A stretch of DNA of 64,000 bases from Escherichia phage FriedrichZschokke: sequence record MZ501067; one strand, given 5' to 3'. This document shows positions 10,137 through 19,605 of the stretch, one piece after another; position 1 is the first letter of the stretch; each line of letters begins with the position of its first letter. The notes beneath the pieces are model-generated. The model was not told the origin of the DNA. It worked only from the letters and a program-made list of their open reading frames with translations, and made no database searches. The position numbers and the translations under genes are program-made.

Positions 10137-10348
10137 AAAAGATTCCTTTTAATGTATCTTTTAGACCATTCTATCATATCATCATAATCTAAAAAGTATT
10201 CATCAAATTCAGCCATGCAAACAACACCTTGTGCTGCTTTTGATGTGATATAAATTATTCCAACATATCTAGAATCTTCTTCGGTATAATCAATATTTGC
10301 TATGAATTCATCATTAATGTCAAATGTCGAAAACTTCACAGTATGCAT
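10133..10348 (-). CDS. Hypothetical protein (~71 aa)
   Basis: ORF between 46 and 47; start moved to an internal Met to limit overlap with the upstream ORF. Confidence 0.4.
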   Translation of the reverse strand: MHTVKFSTFDINDEFIANIDYTEEDSRYVGIIYITSKAAQGVVCMAEFDEYFLDYDDMIEWSKRYIKRNLL

Positions 10349-10583
10349 CCTTAATACAAGATACAGCCATATCTTGTAATGATTTAGGTGTGTCATTATC
10401 TAAAATGTTGAAGTTAAAAGATACAGCCCAGTCAGTGCAGACTGTAACCTTTTTAATACAATTATCTTCAACCTCTAACGGTTCAAACCAATATTCAATA
10501 ATTTCTTTATGCCCAATATCATCTTTTACTTCGCATTCAAAATGCTGACTCATCATAACATTTTTAAATTCATCAAAAGTCAT
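10320..10583 (-). CDS. Hypothetical protein (87 aa)
   Basis: ORF starting 4 nt inside the end of gene 47 (ATGA-type junction). Confidence 0.5.
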   Translation of the reverse strand: MTFDEFKNVMMSQHFECEVKDDIGHKEIIEYWFEPLEVEDNCIKKVTVCTDWAVSFNFNILDNDTPKSLQDMAVSCIKDAYCEVFDI

Positions 10584-11599
10584 TGTGTTGCCTCTACATA
10601 TAGCTGGTTTGCATATTGAATAAGTGCTTCACGGTCAGAATCAGTGATGTCTGGAATTGCATTAATGTATTCTTCCATCAACGTCTGAAGAGATTGAACT
10701 TCAACTTCTTCACTGTCATCTGACTCGACAGAGTTATCAATTTTTGACACAACTCGTAATGAATGCACAACTTTTTCTAGTTCAGATTCGAACTTCGTTA
10801 GATTTTTGTCTACTTCAGTTACTATAACACGTACTGATAGATTTGTAAAATCTTTATAGTCAATTTTTCCTTTAAATGGATAATGAATTCTACGATGCCA
10901 AGTAGTGTTGTTTGGAATAAATTCCATTCGTTCTGTTTCTGTATCAAACATCCAGAACCCGCGAGGGTCATTCTCGTCACCTGCAGTTAGTGTCCATGGT
11001 GTCCCAATATATCTGACGTTAGCAGCCTCAGAGATAGTATGGAAGTGACCAGACCACACTTCTTTATAAGTCTTAAGGAAATCAGGTTCAAGACCATGAG
11101 ATTTCATTCCTTTATAAAAATAAAATCCGTTCAGTTCCCAGTGACCAACGCAAAAAGAAGCAGATGAAGTTTTGATGTGTTCAAGAATTTCACCAGTATT
11201 TTCTTCACACATCCAAGGAATTAAATCAATTAAACATCCGTCAAAATCTACTGTAGTAGGCTTATCATACACTTTAACATTAGGATATTTAGCCAAAAGC
11301 TCAGTAGAGGCATTTGGAGTTAAAGTATTTTTAAAGTGCATATCATGGTTTCCTACAACAGTATGTAGGGTAATACCAGCATCATCAAGCATTTGAACTA
11401 TTTCACGAGCAAACTCCATAGTTTTATGCGTGATTGCTTTTCGCACATCAAAAATATCGCCGTATTGAATCCAGGTAGTAATTCCATTTTTCTTAGAATA
11501 TTCTATTGCTTGTTTAATTCCATCCAACTGAATGGATTGAACCCACTCATCATCGGCTTTAACACCTAAATGCCAATCACCTAAATTTAAAATTTTCAT
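10580..11599 (-). CDS. 47: Recombination nuclease subunit (Mre11/SbcD-like phosphoesterase)
   Basis: 339 aa; metallophosphoesterase motifs (DWHLG, GDIFD, GNHD, GHxH). Confidence 0.93.
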   Translation of the reverse strand: MKILNLGDWHLGVKADDEWVQSIQLDGIKQAIEYSKKNGITTWIQYGDIFDVRKAITHKTMEFAREIVQMLDDAGITLHTVVGNHDMHFKNTLTPNASTELLAKYPNVKVYDKPTTVDFDGCLIDLIPWMCEENTGEILEHIKTSSASFCVGHWELNGFYFYKGMKSHGLEPDFLKTYKEVWSGHFHTISEAANVRYIGTPWTLTAGDENDPRGFWMFDTETERMEFIPNNTTWHRRIHYPFKGKIDYKDFTNLSVRVIVTEVDKNLTKFESELEKVVHSLRVVSKIDNSVESDDSEEVEVQSLQTLMEEYINAIPDITDSDREALIQYANQLYVEATQ

Positions 11600-11758
11600 A
11601 TATCAAGAACCGTCATTGAAATGCAAAATAAAATTATTGAAATAAACCCATCTGGTGTGCTAAAGAACCCAATCCAACATGCTCTAGTGAATAGATAAAA
11701 TGCGAGAAAAAGTATCACATATCCAAGAAATATCATTATATCAAACTCCGTATAAAGC

Positions 11759-11782
11759 TAAAGGGCCGAAGCCCTTTATTTT
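11759..11782 (-). terminator. Palindromic hairpin / terminator after alpha-gt
   Basis: aaagggc-cgaa-gcccttt is a perfect palindrome with T-rich flanks on both strands. Confidence 0.5.
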
Positions 11783-12978
11783 GTAATAATGTCAAACTGT
11801 TCTTTAAAGCAGAAGCTTGAATCTTGATGTTGATACAAAAATTCATACGCTTTTTCTCGCTCACGGTCATAAAGAGCTCGGTCAGATGACAGTTCTTTAA
11901 TACGCTCGAATGTTGATTCCATATCATTTTCATCAAACCAAATGATACCGCTATCATGCGAGGTCAAAGGAGTATTATCAACACGGAATTTTAAATTTTC
12001 GCCAGTAGATTTCCAAAATACCGGAATTGTTCCACATGCACCAAGCTCAAGATGAGTATATTCTAAAGAGCGCTGTAGATATTTTTTATCCAACTTACTC
12101 AACTGATAACCAAAACCGGATTTACTCATACGTTCAAGCATTTCGCTATTTACATAACGGTCAAGAATTTGCGTTGGCAAATTAGGAGCAATTTTAATTT
12201 GGTCTACTTGATGAAGACGATAATACTCGTATGGAATTCCTTTTTCTTTAATAGGAATGAACGCTGGAGAACGTTCCAGACCTTCCATAATAGTACTTAG
12301 TCCTGCAGGTTTAAGATGTTTTTCATGAAAATCAAACATCTGATAAAAACCTTTCCATGTAGTCGTACGACCAATCCAACGGTTGATATTCATGTTAATT
12401 TCAGAAACATCTTTCCAGTAGGTTGACCGAACCTTCGCAATATCCATAGGAGGCTGAAAGTTATATACTGTCGGTGCTTCTTCAATATCATCAAACAGAG
12501 AAACTGTTTCAGGATACCATTCTTTCATCAGAACTTTATTAAAATCACCATTATCAGAATGGCTAAAAATAACATCAGCTCGACGAACAGTTTCTTCTAA
12601 TCCCAAATTTCGGCGCAAAGAAAGAGAAGAATGGTCATGTTGATAAACTACAACACGAACAGAAGGTTTAATGTTATCAATAATTTTTTTATAGTTATTA
12701 ATAGTGTCTTCTTCAACCGAAGTAGCAGGAACTGAATTGATAATTAGAATATCACAATCATTTACCAGCTTAAGTGTTTTATCATATTCTTTTGCCAATA
12801 AAACCGGAATTGAAAATGATTTATAATCATGCGCGCAATTACGAGTAAATGATTTATCTTTAGCATAAACCAAAGTTACTTCATGACCATTTTTAATAAA
12901 CCAATCACGTTGCTCGAGTGAGAATTTTGTTACACCACAACCTTCAAGACCTCGAGCCATAAAAATACATACTTTCAT
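11776..12978 (-). CDS. agt: DNA alpha-glucosyltransferase
   Basis: 400 aa; sequence and position (after 47) match T-even alpha-gt. Confidence 0.9.
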   Translation of the reverse strand: MKVCIFMARGLEGCGVTKFSLEQRDWFIKNGHEVTLVYAKDKSFTRNCAHDYKSFSIPVLLAKEYDKTLKLVNDCDILIINSVPATSVEEDTINNYKKIIDNIKPSVRVVVYQHDHSSLSLRRNLGLEETVRRADVIFSHSDNGDFNKVLMKEWYPETVSLFDDIEEAPTVYNFQPPMDIAKVRSTYWKDVSEINMNINRWIGRTTTWKGFYQMFDFHEKHLKPAGLSTIMEGLERSPAFIPIKEKGIPYEYYRLHQVDQIKIAPNLPTQILDRYVNSEMLERMSKSGFGYQLSKLDKKYLQRSLEYTHLELGACGTIPVFWKSTGENLKFRVDNTPLTSHDSGIIWFDENDMESTFERIKELSSDRALYDREREKAYEFLYQHQDSSFCFKEQFDIITK

Positions 12979-13027
12979 TTAATATCCTCTTTGTTTTGGT
13001 TTATTTTACCAAAAATTTATAAAGCAA

Positions 13028-13048
13028 TATAGGAGCCGAAGCTCCTAT
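13028..13048 (-). terminator. Hairpin / intrinsic terminator
   Basis: Minus RNA uaggagc-UUCG-gcuccua followed by UAUUGCUUU. Confidence 0.45.
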
Positions 13049-13221
13049 CCACATAATACGCCATACAGAGGCTCATTAGAACTTTTAAATTTTATGCGCT
13101 TATATTTTATAGTTCCTTCTGCTTTAGCTTTATCATGAGACTCTTTAAAGAGTCTCATGATTTCCTCTTTAGAGGAACGAATTTTATTATAATCTATTTC
13201 AGAAGTCTGGGTGTTCATCTT

Positions 13222-13428
13222 TCATAACTGCCACCATTTTTTGACTTGATAAGAATCAACCCACACTTTCATATTAGGGTCTGCTCTTACAATAGGAGGA
13301 TTAACTTCTTTAATTGAACTATCATGGTATTCTTTTTCAGAAATTTTCACACAAAGATGACCATTCAAAGATTCAGTAAATCCTGCATTAATTTTAAGAC
13401 GCTTGAATTTTACGTGTGTAAGCATCAA
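13222..13428 (-). CDS. Hypothetical protein (68 aa)
   Basis: ORF on the early strand. Confidence 0.45.
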   Translation of the reverse strand: MMLTHVKFKRLKINAGFTESLNGHLCVKISEKEYHDSSIKEVNPPIVRADPNMKVWVDSYQVKKWWQL

Positions 13429-13711
13429 TCATATCCTCAATTTGCGATCTAGTAGTCTTCCAAAGAATACTGATGAGTTCATCGTTATATGGCTGTTTTA
13501 GAATATCCCGACTTTTCTTGATAGCATATTCGTATTGAGCAAAATTATTGTTTTCAGCTGCAATCTGAGCGTGCTTATAAAGACGATTCAGTTCGCGTTT
13601 GTTTTTAGACAATAACTTATTTGCTTTTCTTTCTGCTTCAAGACGGTTCTTTTCTTCAATAGAAGAAATAAGCTTTTCCACTTCATCATTAATTTCGGGT
13701 TTATCAGTCAT
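13394..13711 (-). CDS. Hypothetical protein (105 aa)
   Basis: ORF on the early strand; predicted helical, charged. Confidence 0.5.
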   Translation of the reverse strand: MTDKPEINDEVEKLISSIEEKNRLEAERKANKLLSKNKRELNRLYKHAQIAAENNNFAQYEYAIKKSRDILKQPYNDELISILWKTTRSQIEDMIDAYTRKIQAS

Positions 13712-13712
13712 A

Positions 13713-13931
13713 TTATTTCTCTAATATAAAATAAAAATCATCATCTGTTAAATGATACCTGTAATTTAATTCTACACCATTAGATTTAAAAGCGGTATCA
13801 TACGGATTTTCTGGATCAATATCAATGTCAAGAGCTAAAACTTCCCTGAGATACATTTTAAGTAAATAGGGAATAGCTTCAACTTCAGGTATTTCTTCCA
13901 AGAATCCGGAGAGGTTAATCGTTAGCCTCAT
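13713..13931 (-). CDS. Hypothetical protein (72 aa)
   Basis: ORF abutting the upstream gene. Confidence 0.5.
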
Positions 13932-14472
13932 ATAAAAAATCCAAACTAGGAGAATCGTCTACAACACTTTTCTTTTCAGCCCCCGGTGTTCTATAGGTTG
14001 ATTCTTCGTAATGCGTCATTTTATCATAGATGTCTTGAATAAAAGTTTCATCTACTAACGCAACCATATCGTCGTCACGGCTGTCATAGACATTGTGAAC
14101 GAAGTAACTATATTTCTTTGCAACTTCCTTACGTTCTTTTTTAATACGCTGGACGAATGCATTAAAACAAGCTTGAGTTATATACGCATGTGGGTTTTTA
14201 TATTTCGTTTCATCAAAATTGTGAAGCCCCTTAATAGAAGCTTCTATACCATCTGCAATCATTTCTTGTTTCCAAGACTGGGTGTATCCTGAAAAGTTGA
14301 AACGTTTAGATAAGCCTTCTGCAATAAGCATAATGGCTAATCCGATAGTATCATTCTGACGAACTACTTTATTTGGGTCTTTATTATTTGCTAATTCTGT
14401 TTTCCAATCAATAATAGCTTGTAAAAGCTCTTTATTGTTTACGTAATTATATTTAGGCTTAGTTTCTGACAT
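13915..14472 (-). CDS. 55: Late-transcription sigma factor
   Basis: Translation [23 protein letters not shown]...; start set at the MSETK Met (185 aa). Confidence 0.9.
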
Positions 14473-14550
14473 TTTCACCTCTTAGCTCAATTCATAGATC
14501 TATTATATCATAATATTTGAAGATCTATCTTAAAGCATAGAGGATATCAG

Positions 14551-14820
14551 TTATCTAAGTAAACAGTATGCTTGGAATACTTTTTCCATCATCTTTTTAA
14601 ATTCATGAATATCTATATAATGACTAGTTAGATCAGCATGATATAAAAAGTCTAAAAACTTTTCATGTGTACTAACATATTCACTTTCATTTAATTCAGA
14701 AACATGGCTTTCCCAATATCCAACACCAGTCTTATTTGGGAAAAATGAAATTTTCATGTATTGGTCAACATAGAAAATGCCATAATTTTCAATAGTAATA
14801 GAAATATTAATAAATTTCAT
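14551..14820 (-). CDS. Hypothetical protein (89 aa)
   Basis: ORF on the early strand. Confidence 0.5.
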   Translation of the reverse strand: MKFINISITIENYGIFYVDQYMKISFFPNKTGVGYWESHVSELNESEYVSTHEKFLDFLYHADLTSHYIDIHEFKKMMEKVFQAYCLLR

Positions 14821-15032
14821 ACATTCATCAACTTAGCCGCTTCAAGAGCTGCATCTAGTGAATCAAATTGGTCAACGTATTCAATCAATTCGCCATAATT
14901 GGCATATAACCACCATTGGCTAAATTCATACTCAAGGATGAATCCGTTTCCTTCAATTTGAGTTAAACCAATGCCATTTGTATTTACTTCATATCCAGCA
15001 AGACGCAAATCGTTAATAAGAGCTTCGTTCAT
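14817..15032 (-). CDS. Hypothetical protein (71 aa)
   Basis: ORF with ATGA overlap to its neighbour. Confidence 0.5.
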   Translation of the reverse strand: MNEALINDLRLAGYEVNTNGIGLTQIEGNGFILEYEFSQWWLYANYGELIEYVDQFDSLDAALEAAKLMNV

Positions 15033-15034
15033 AA

Positions 15035-15361
15035 TTATACCTTAGTAATTTTCAGGTCTGCAAATTTTTTCTTGCGTTGATTTTTCATGCGACGAATAGT
15101 TTTATCGGAAATTTCATGCTTTTGATAAGCTTTAGATTCTACACCAAAAGCTTTAACATCAAATTCTGACAAGATATATTGAACCAACAATTCACGGACA
15201 GTATTGCGTCCAATCTTCTGATCATTCTGTTTCATCGTCTGATGAAGCTCTTTTTCCCATTTATCCAAACTTTGAGGAGTTACAATATCGCCTTTTTCTA
15301 GCAAAGAAACTACTTTATCATATGCGTAAGAATTGATGGCGTTTTTAATTTGAATAGTCAT
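15035..15361 (-). CDS. Hypothetical protein (108 aa)
   Basis: ORF on the early strand. Confidence 0.55.
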   Translation of the reverse strand: MTIQIKNAINSYAYDKVVSLLEKGDIVTPQSLDKWEKELHQTMKQNDQKIGRNTVRELLVQYILSEFDVKAFGVESKAYQKHEISDKTIRRMKNQRKKKFADLKITKV

Positions 15362-15394
15362 ACATTATCCTCAATTGCGTTAAAATTTTATTAT

Positions 15395-15415
15395 CCAAAA
15401 AGGGCCGAAGCCCTT
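15395..15415 (-). terminator. Intrinsic terminator
   Basis: Minus RNA aagggc-UUCG-gcccuu followed by UUUUGGAUAA. Confidence 0.55.
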
Positions 15416-15614
15416 AGCTAAACTTTTTGGCACCCTTCCAGCCTTCATACATCATTGCGGCTGATATTAATATTGCTCCTGAACAACTTGAATATTTGTG
15501 ATTCCAAAACCAGTTTAGAAAAACTTCGTCATCAATACCTTGTGCTATCATATTTTCAAAGAACTGACGACGAGCTTCGGCAATTCGCTGCGATAATTTA
15601 GATTCAGGATTCAT
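15414..15614 (-). CDS. Hypothetical protein (66 aa)
   Basis: ORF on the early strand. Confidence 0.5.
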   Translation of the reverse strand: MNPESKLSQRIAEARRQFFENMIAQGIDDEVFLNWFWNHKYSSCSGAILISAAMMYEGWKGAKKFS

Positions 15615-15753
15615 TTAAATTTTCCAATTACCGTTTTCATCAATGAATTTAATCCAGTCATTTACTGACCACTTAGTTGTATCGCCTTTTGGAGTAACAT
15701 TTAAAGTATATAGCCCTTGCTTAAAAAGCATTCGTTTGATATTCATATTTTCC

Positions 15754-16047
15754 TCAGCTGTAACGATAACACTCGTTTGATTTACGTTTAGCAACTCGTT
15801 GAGAAGTATTATAATCAAAATCATCGTCAATGTAAACTGATTTTTTCAACTTTCTTACTTCACCACGTAATTGGCGATTTAGCTCATCTTTAACTTCTGA
15901 ATCAATACCTTTCATTCTACGCCATTTATCTGAGCGAAAAATGTTTTCAACCATATCTTTATGACTTACCCCATCAGGAGCTTTACGCTTTCCGAAATAG
16001 TCATAATCACGAACTTTCAAGTCTTTACGACGATACGTTTTACCCAT
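15754..16047 (-). CDS. Hypothetical basic protein (~97 aa)
   Basis: Start placed at MGKTYRRK with AGGAAA Shine-Dalgarno; the longer listed ORF would overlap its upstream neighbour. Confidence 0.5.
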   Translation of the reverse strand: MGKTYRRKDLKVRDYDYFGKRKAPDGVSHKDMVENIFRSDKWRRMKGIDSEVKDELNRQLRGEVRKLKKSVYIDDDFDYNTSQRVAKRKSNECYRYS

Positions 16048-16222
16048 GGAGTTTAATTTCCTTAGCAACTGAACTAAATGCAGCACGATCGCAAATCATG
16101 CGTTTATGTAACTTGAGTATAATATAGCAAACTTCAAAACTATTTACATGAGTAACACGAACAGCATTACCATTAATGAGATAATACTGTCCCTTTTTAA
16201 TTTCTTTATCAACCATAACCAT
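16040..16222 (-). CDS. Hypothetical protein (60 aa)
   Basis: ORF directly downstream of an early promoter. Confidence 0.45.
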   Translation of the reverse strand: MVMVDKEIKKGQYYLINGNAVRVTHVNSFEVCYIILKLHKRMICDRAAFSSVAKEIKLHG

Positions 16223-16245
16223 ATCAATTCCTCAAAGGTAATTCA

Positions 16246-16290
16246 TATGTTAATAATACCACGGTTTGAACTTGTTGTAAACAACTTTGT
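16246..16290 (-). promoter_or_regulatory. Early promoter
   Basis: Minus strand: -35 TTTACA (16276-16281), 17 bp spacer, TGG-TATTAT -10. Confidence 0.5.
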
Positions 16291-16349
16291 GAAAAATATT
16301 TCAGGGAATGATAAGAAAGGAACGATAGCTTAGAATGGTAATATACAGA

Positions 16350-16378
16350 ATGTAAGAAAGAAAGGCCCAGAGGGCCCA
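16350..16378 (-). terminator. Intrinsic terminator
   Basis: Minus RNA gggcc-cucu-gggcc followed by UUUCUUUCUUAC. Confidence 0.55.
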
Positions 16379-16380
16379 TC

Positions 16381-16701
16381 TTAGTCTTCTATGATATCTC
16401 TATCATATCCAAGTGAAATGAGAGTTTCTTTGAAGTGTTTAATGTTCTTTTGTCTGGAATCATTAATGAAAATGACTGGATAACGAATGTTAAGAGATGT
16501 GAATCCAGCGCGTTTAGCAAGAGATACAATCAGTTGACGATCATACTCAATCTTACCATTATTAGTAAGAACTTTATAAAAAGTAAAAGGAGCATTGAGC
16601 TCCTTTAGAAGTTTTGTAACTGATTGACATCCAGGACAACGACCTACTTCATCTGGAATTCCATAGACTTCAATCTTATTCTTTAAGTTCGAGTTTTGTT
16701 C
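16381..16701 (-). CDS. nrdH: Glutaredoxin-like protein (NrdH-type redoxin)
   Basis: CPGC redox motif in KIEVYGIPDEVGRCPGCQ; no in-frame ATG near the conserved N-terminus; GTG at 16701-16699 with AAGGA 10 nt upstream is the likely start (107 aa). Confidence 0.6.
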   Translation of the reverse strand, partial: EQNSNLKNKIEVYGIPDEVGRCPGCQSVTKLLKELNAPFTFYKVLTNNGKIEYDRQLIVSLAKRAGFTSLNIRYPVIFINDSRQKNIKHFKETLISLGYDRDIIED

Positions 16702-16987
16702 CACGAGAAATAATTCCTTGGTAAGCCCAATAAGGAGGATTAACAGAATCCTCACCAGAGTTTTCTTCAGGAAAATAAACCTGGATAACGAAGCCGGATT
16801 CATCAAAGGTAAAATAAACCGTAGGCAGTTCACCTAACAAATCGGCACGAGCGTTGATTTCTTCGAGGTCTTGTTCACGTCCAGCCCAGAAGATTGGGTT
16901 CAGACTACATTCATAGAAATAATAGTCATTACCGAACATATCAAAACCATTCCAACTCTCTACTACATACCGCTCAAAACTAATCAT
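16676..16987 (-). CDS. Hypothetical protein (103 aa)
   Basis: ORF whose 3' end overlaps the NrdH-like start in another frame. Confidence 0.55.
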   Translation of the reverse strand: MISFERYVVESWNGFDMFGNDYYFYECSLNPIFWAGREQDLEEINARADLLGELPTVYFTFDESGFVIQVYFPEENSGEDSVNPPYWAYQGIISRGTKLELKE

Positions 16988-16989
16988 AA

Positions 16990-17205
16990 TTAATCCTTTT
17001 TATCAAGAACCGCATTCAGCTTGTTAGTAATTTTATCCAGACGCTCATTGAACTCACTAGAAGATAAGCCCTTTTCTGGAGAAATTAAACTAATCACGAA
17101 AAATACAACAATAAAAGGAATAAGAAAAATAGCTCCAACTGCCATAAACAGAAAGAACGTTACAGTTGTAAGAAAATCAGCTAAACCTTTACGAAATTTA
17201 TACAT
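16990..17205 (-). CDS. Small membrane protein (71 aa)
   Basis: One strongly hydrophobic helix (FFLFMAVGAIFLIPFIVVFFVISLI). Confidence 0.55.
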   Translation of the reverse strand: MYKFRKGLADFLTTVTFFLFMAVGAIFLIPFIVVFFVISLISPEKGLSSSEFNERLDKITNKLNAVLDKKD

Positions 17206-17320
17206 ATTTTACCCTTAATTGATTAACCAAGCATTGATAAGCACTAAACTATATTGCGAATAAAATTCTGGACCAAAATGAAAAATCATATCATTTATAG
17301 TATCCATAATGTAATTCAAT

Positions 17321-17791
17321 TTAATCATGTGTCCACACCCCATCGGTATTTGACCAAAGTCGCTGATTATCTGATCCTCGCCACAGCTTTTTAGTCGGAA
17401 GATTTTTCTCATACTTCCCATCAATAATAACATCAACATATTTAAGCATTTCTAGTTGTTTAATATCTTCAAACTTATATCCTGTCCACAACCAAATGCT
17501 TTTATTGGGATAAAGATTTTTTACTGTTTGAACCACAGAGTGAATCACGTCTCTGTTATCAGGATAAAGAGGGTCACCTCCGGTTATAGTTAATCCTTCT
17601 ATATAATCATTATTCAAACATTCAATTAATTGTTCTAGTGTTTCACCAGTGAATGGAATACCATTTCTAGCATTCCATGTTGATTTATTATAACACCCTT
17701 CGCATTTATGCAAACAACCTGTAACGAAAAGAACGACCCTGCATCCAGGGCCATTCACAAAATCGCAAGGATAAAATCTATCATAATTCAT
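17321..17791 (-). CDS. nrdG: Anaerobic ribonucleotide reductase activase (radical SAM)
   Basis: 156 aa; CxxxCxxC-type cluster (GCLHKCEGC); overlaps nrdD stop by ATGA. Confidence 0.9.
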   Translation of the reverse strand: MNYDRFYPCDFVNGPGCRVVLFVTGCLHKCEGCYNKSTWNARNGIPFTGETLEQLIECLNNDYIEGLTITGGDPLYPDNRDVIHSVVQTVKNLYPNKSIWLWTGYKFEDIKQLEMLKYVDVIIDGKYEKNLPTKKLWRGSDNQRLWSNTDGVWTHD

Positions 17792-19605
17792 TGGTGTTTA
17801 ACCCTATGCATGATTTCTTTATTTTTGCCGAGATTAAATCCGCGTTCGTTCGGATTTCCCAAATAACCACATGTTCTTCTTATTGTGTTCATCTTTTTAG
17901 GATCAGTTTCTCCACAAATAGAACAAACAAATCCATTTTCAGTAGGAGTCATTTCATGGGTACTTCCACATGTAAAACATTTATCTACTGGCATATTAAC
18001 ACCAAAATAATCTAAATGTTGTGCAGCATAATCCCATACAGCCTCAAGACCTTTTAAGTTATTTTTCATATCAGGAAGTTCAACATAAGAAATGTGACCA
18101 CCTGTCGCAATGAAATGATATGGCGCTTCACGAGAAATCTTTTCAAACTGAGTAATATTTTCTTCTACTGAAACGTGGAAACTGTTAGTGTACCAGCCTT
18201 TATCGGTAACATCTTTTACACTTCCATATTTTTCTGTATCAAGTTTACAGAAGCGATAACAAAGGTTTTCAGCAGGAGTAGAATACAAACTAAAAGCAAA
18301 CCCAGTTCTTTCAGTCCACTGTTTAAGACGAGCATTCATTTTAGTTAAAATTTCTCGTCCAATATCACGACCGACAAGAATATTCAATTCGTGAATACCA
18401 ATGTATCCTAAGGACACTGAACTTCTACCATTTTTAAATAACTCAATTATATCGTCATCAGGTTTAAGACGAACCCCGAATGCACCTTCTTGGTAAAGAA
18501 TAGGAGCAACAGTCGCTTTAACTCCTTTTAAGGAACTAATTCTACACATCAATGCTTCAAAACATAAATCCATTCGTTCATTGAACAATTCAACAAATTT
18601 CTGCTCATTGAATTGAGTTCCAATATAAGAATCTAATGCGATACGAGGAAGATTCAGTGTTACAACACCGAGATTATTACGTCCATCAAGAATTTCATTA
18701 CCGGTTGAATCTTTCCACACACTCAAGAAACTACGACAACCCATTGGAGAAACAGGAATAGATGAGCCGGTGATAGCTTTATTGTTCTTAGCCGAAATGA
18801 TGTCAGGATACATTCTTTTGCTTGCGCACTCTAAAGCAAGCTGCTTAATATCATAGTTCGGGTCGTCTTTATAAAGATTAATACCTTCTTCAACGAACAT
18901 AACAAGTTTAGGGAAAATAGGAGTTATCCCATCACGACCAAGACCTTTAATACGATTTTTCAGAATTGCTTTCTGAATCATTCGTTCAGTCCAGTCAGTT
19001 CCCGTACCAAATGTAATTGTTACAAAGGGTGTTTGTCCGTTTGAACTAAAGAGAGTATTTACTTCATATTCATAAGCTTGGAATGCATCGTATACATCTT
19101 TTTCTGTTTTAGATTGAGCATAATTCAATGCATCAGCGATTTGCCATTTTTCTGCATCCTCAATATGTTTTGCATAGGTGCGTTTAACATAAGGAGAAAG
19201 TACTTTATCTACATTAGCAAAAGTCGTTCCGCCGTATTGGTGGGAAGCAACCTGTGCAGTAATTTGTGCCATAATTGCAGTAGCAACGCCAATTGATTTA
19301 GGAGTTTCAATCTGCGCATTACCTAGCTTAAATCCGTTCTCAAGCATTCCTTTTAAATCTACTAAACAACAATTAGTAAATGGAAGAGCAGGGGAATAAT
19401 CAATATCGTGGAAATGAATAATTCCGCTTTCATGCGCTTTCATAATAAAAGACGGGACCATATTTTTGGCAATGTGTTTAGACACAATACCAGCCATAAG
19501 GTCCCGTTGAGTTGGAAAAACACGAGAATCTTTATTGGCATTCTCGTTTAAAAGGTCTTTATTAGTTTTATGAATCAATCCTTCAATTTCTTTTTCAATT
19601 GTCAT
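17788..19605 (-). CDS. nrdD: Anaerobic ribonucleoside-triphosphate reductase (class III), uninterrupted
   Basis: 605 aa continuous ORF; C-terminal glycyl-radical motif RRTCGYLG and Cys-rich Zn ribbon; no intron or endonuclease insert. Confidence 0.95.
   Translation of the reverse strand: MTIEKEIEGLIHKTNKDLLNENANKDSRVFPTQRDLMAGIVSKHIAKNMVPSFIMKAHESGIIHFHDIDYSPALPFTNCCLVDLKGMLENGFKLGNAQIETPKSIGVATAIMAQITAQVASHQYGGTTFANVDKVLSPYVKRTYAKHIEDAEKWQIADALNYAQSKTEKDVYDAFQAYEYEVNTLFSSNGQTPFVTITFGTGTDWTERMIQKAILKNRIKGLGRDGITPIFPKLVMFVEEGINLYKDDPNYDIKQLALECASKRMYPDIISAKNNKAITGSSIPVSPMGCRSFLSVWKDSTGNEILDGRNNLGVVTLNLPRIALDSYIGTQFNEQKFVELFNERMDLCFEALMCRISSLKGVKATVAPILYQEGAFGVRLKPDDDIIELFKNGRSSVSLGYIGIHELNILVGRDIGREILTKMNARLKQWTERTGFAFSLYSTPAENLCYRFCKLDTEKYGSVKDVTDKGWYTNSFHVSVEENITQFEKISREAPYHFIATGGHISYVELPDMKNNLKGLEAVWDYAAQHLDYFGVNMPVDKCFTCGSTHEMTPTENGFVCSICGETDPKKMNTIRRTCGYLGNPNERGFNLGKNKEIMHRVKHQ

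Noticed and set aside
11736-11957. Minus-strand 73 aa ORF overlapping the alpha-gt 3' end
   Set aside because: Out-of-frame overlap with a confidently assigned gene; spans the terminator hairpin.
16381-16833. Full 150 aa version of the NrdH-like ORF
   Set aside because: The N-terminal 40+ residues are hydrophobic junk overlapping the upstream gene; the conserved redoxin domain begins much later, so a GTG start was preferred.
17215-17439. Minus-strand 74 aa ORF overlapping the nrdG 3' end
   Set aside because: Most of it is an alternate frame of nrdG; only a ~30 codon remnant lies outside, too short to support.
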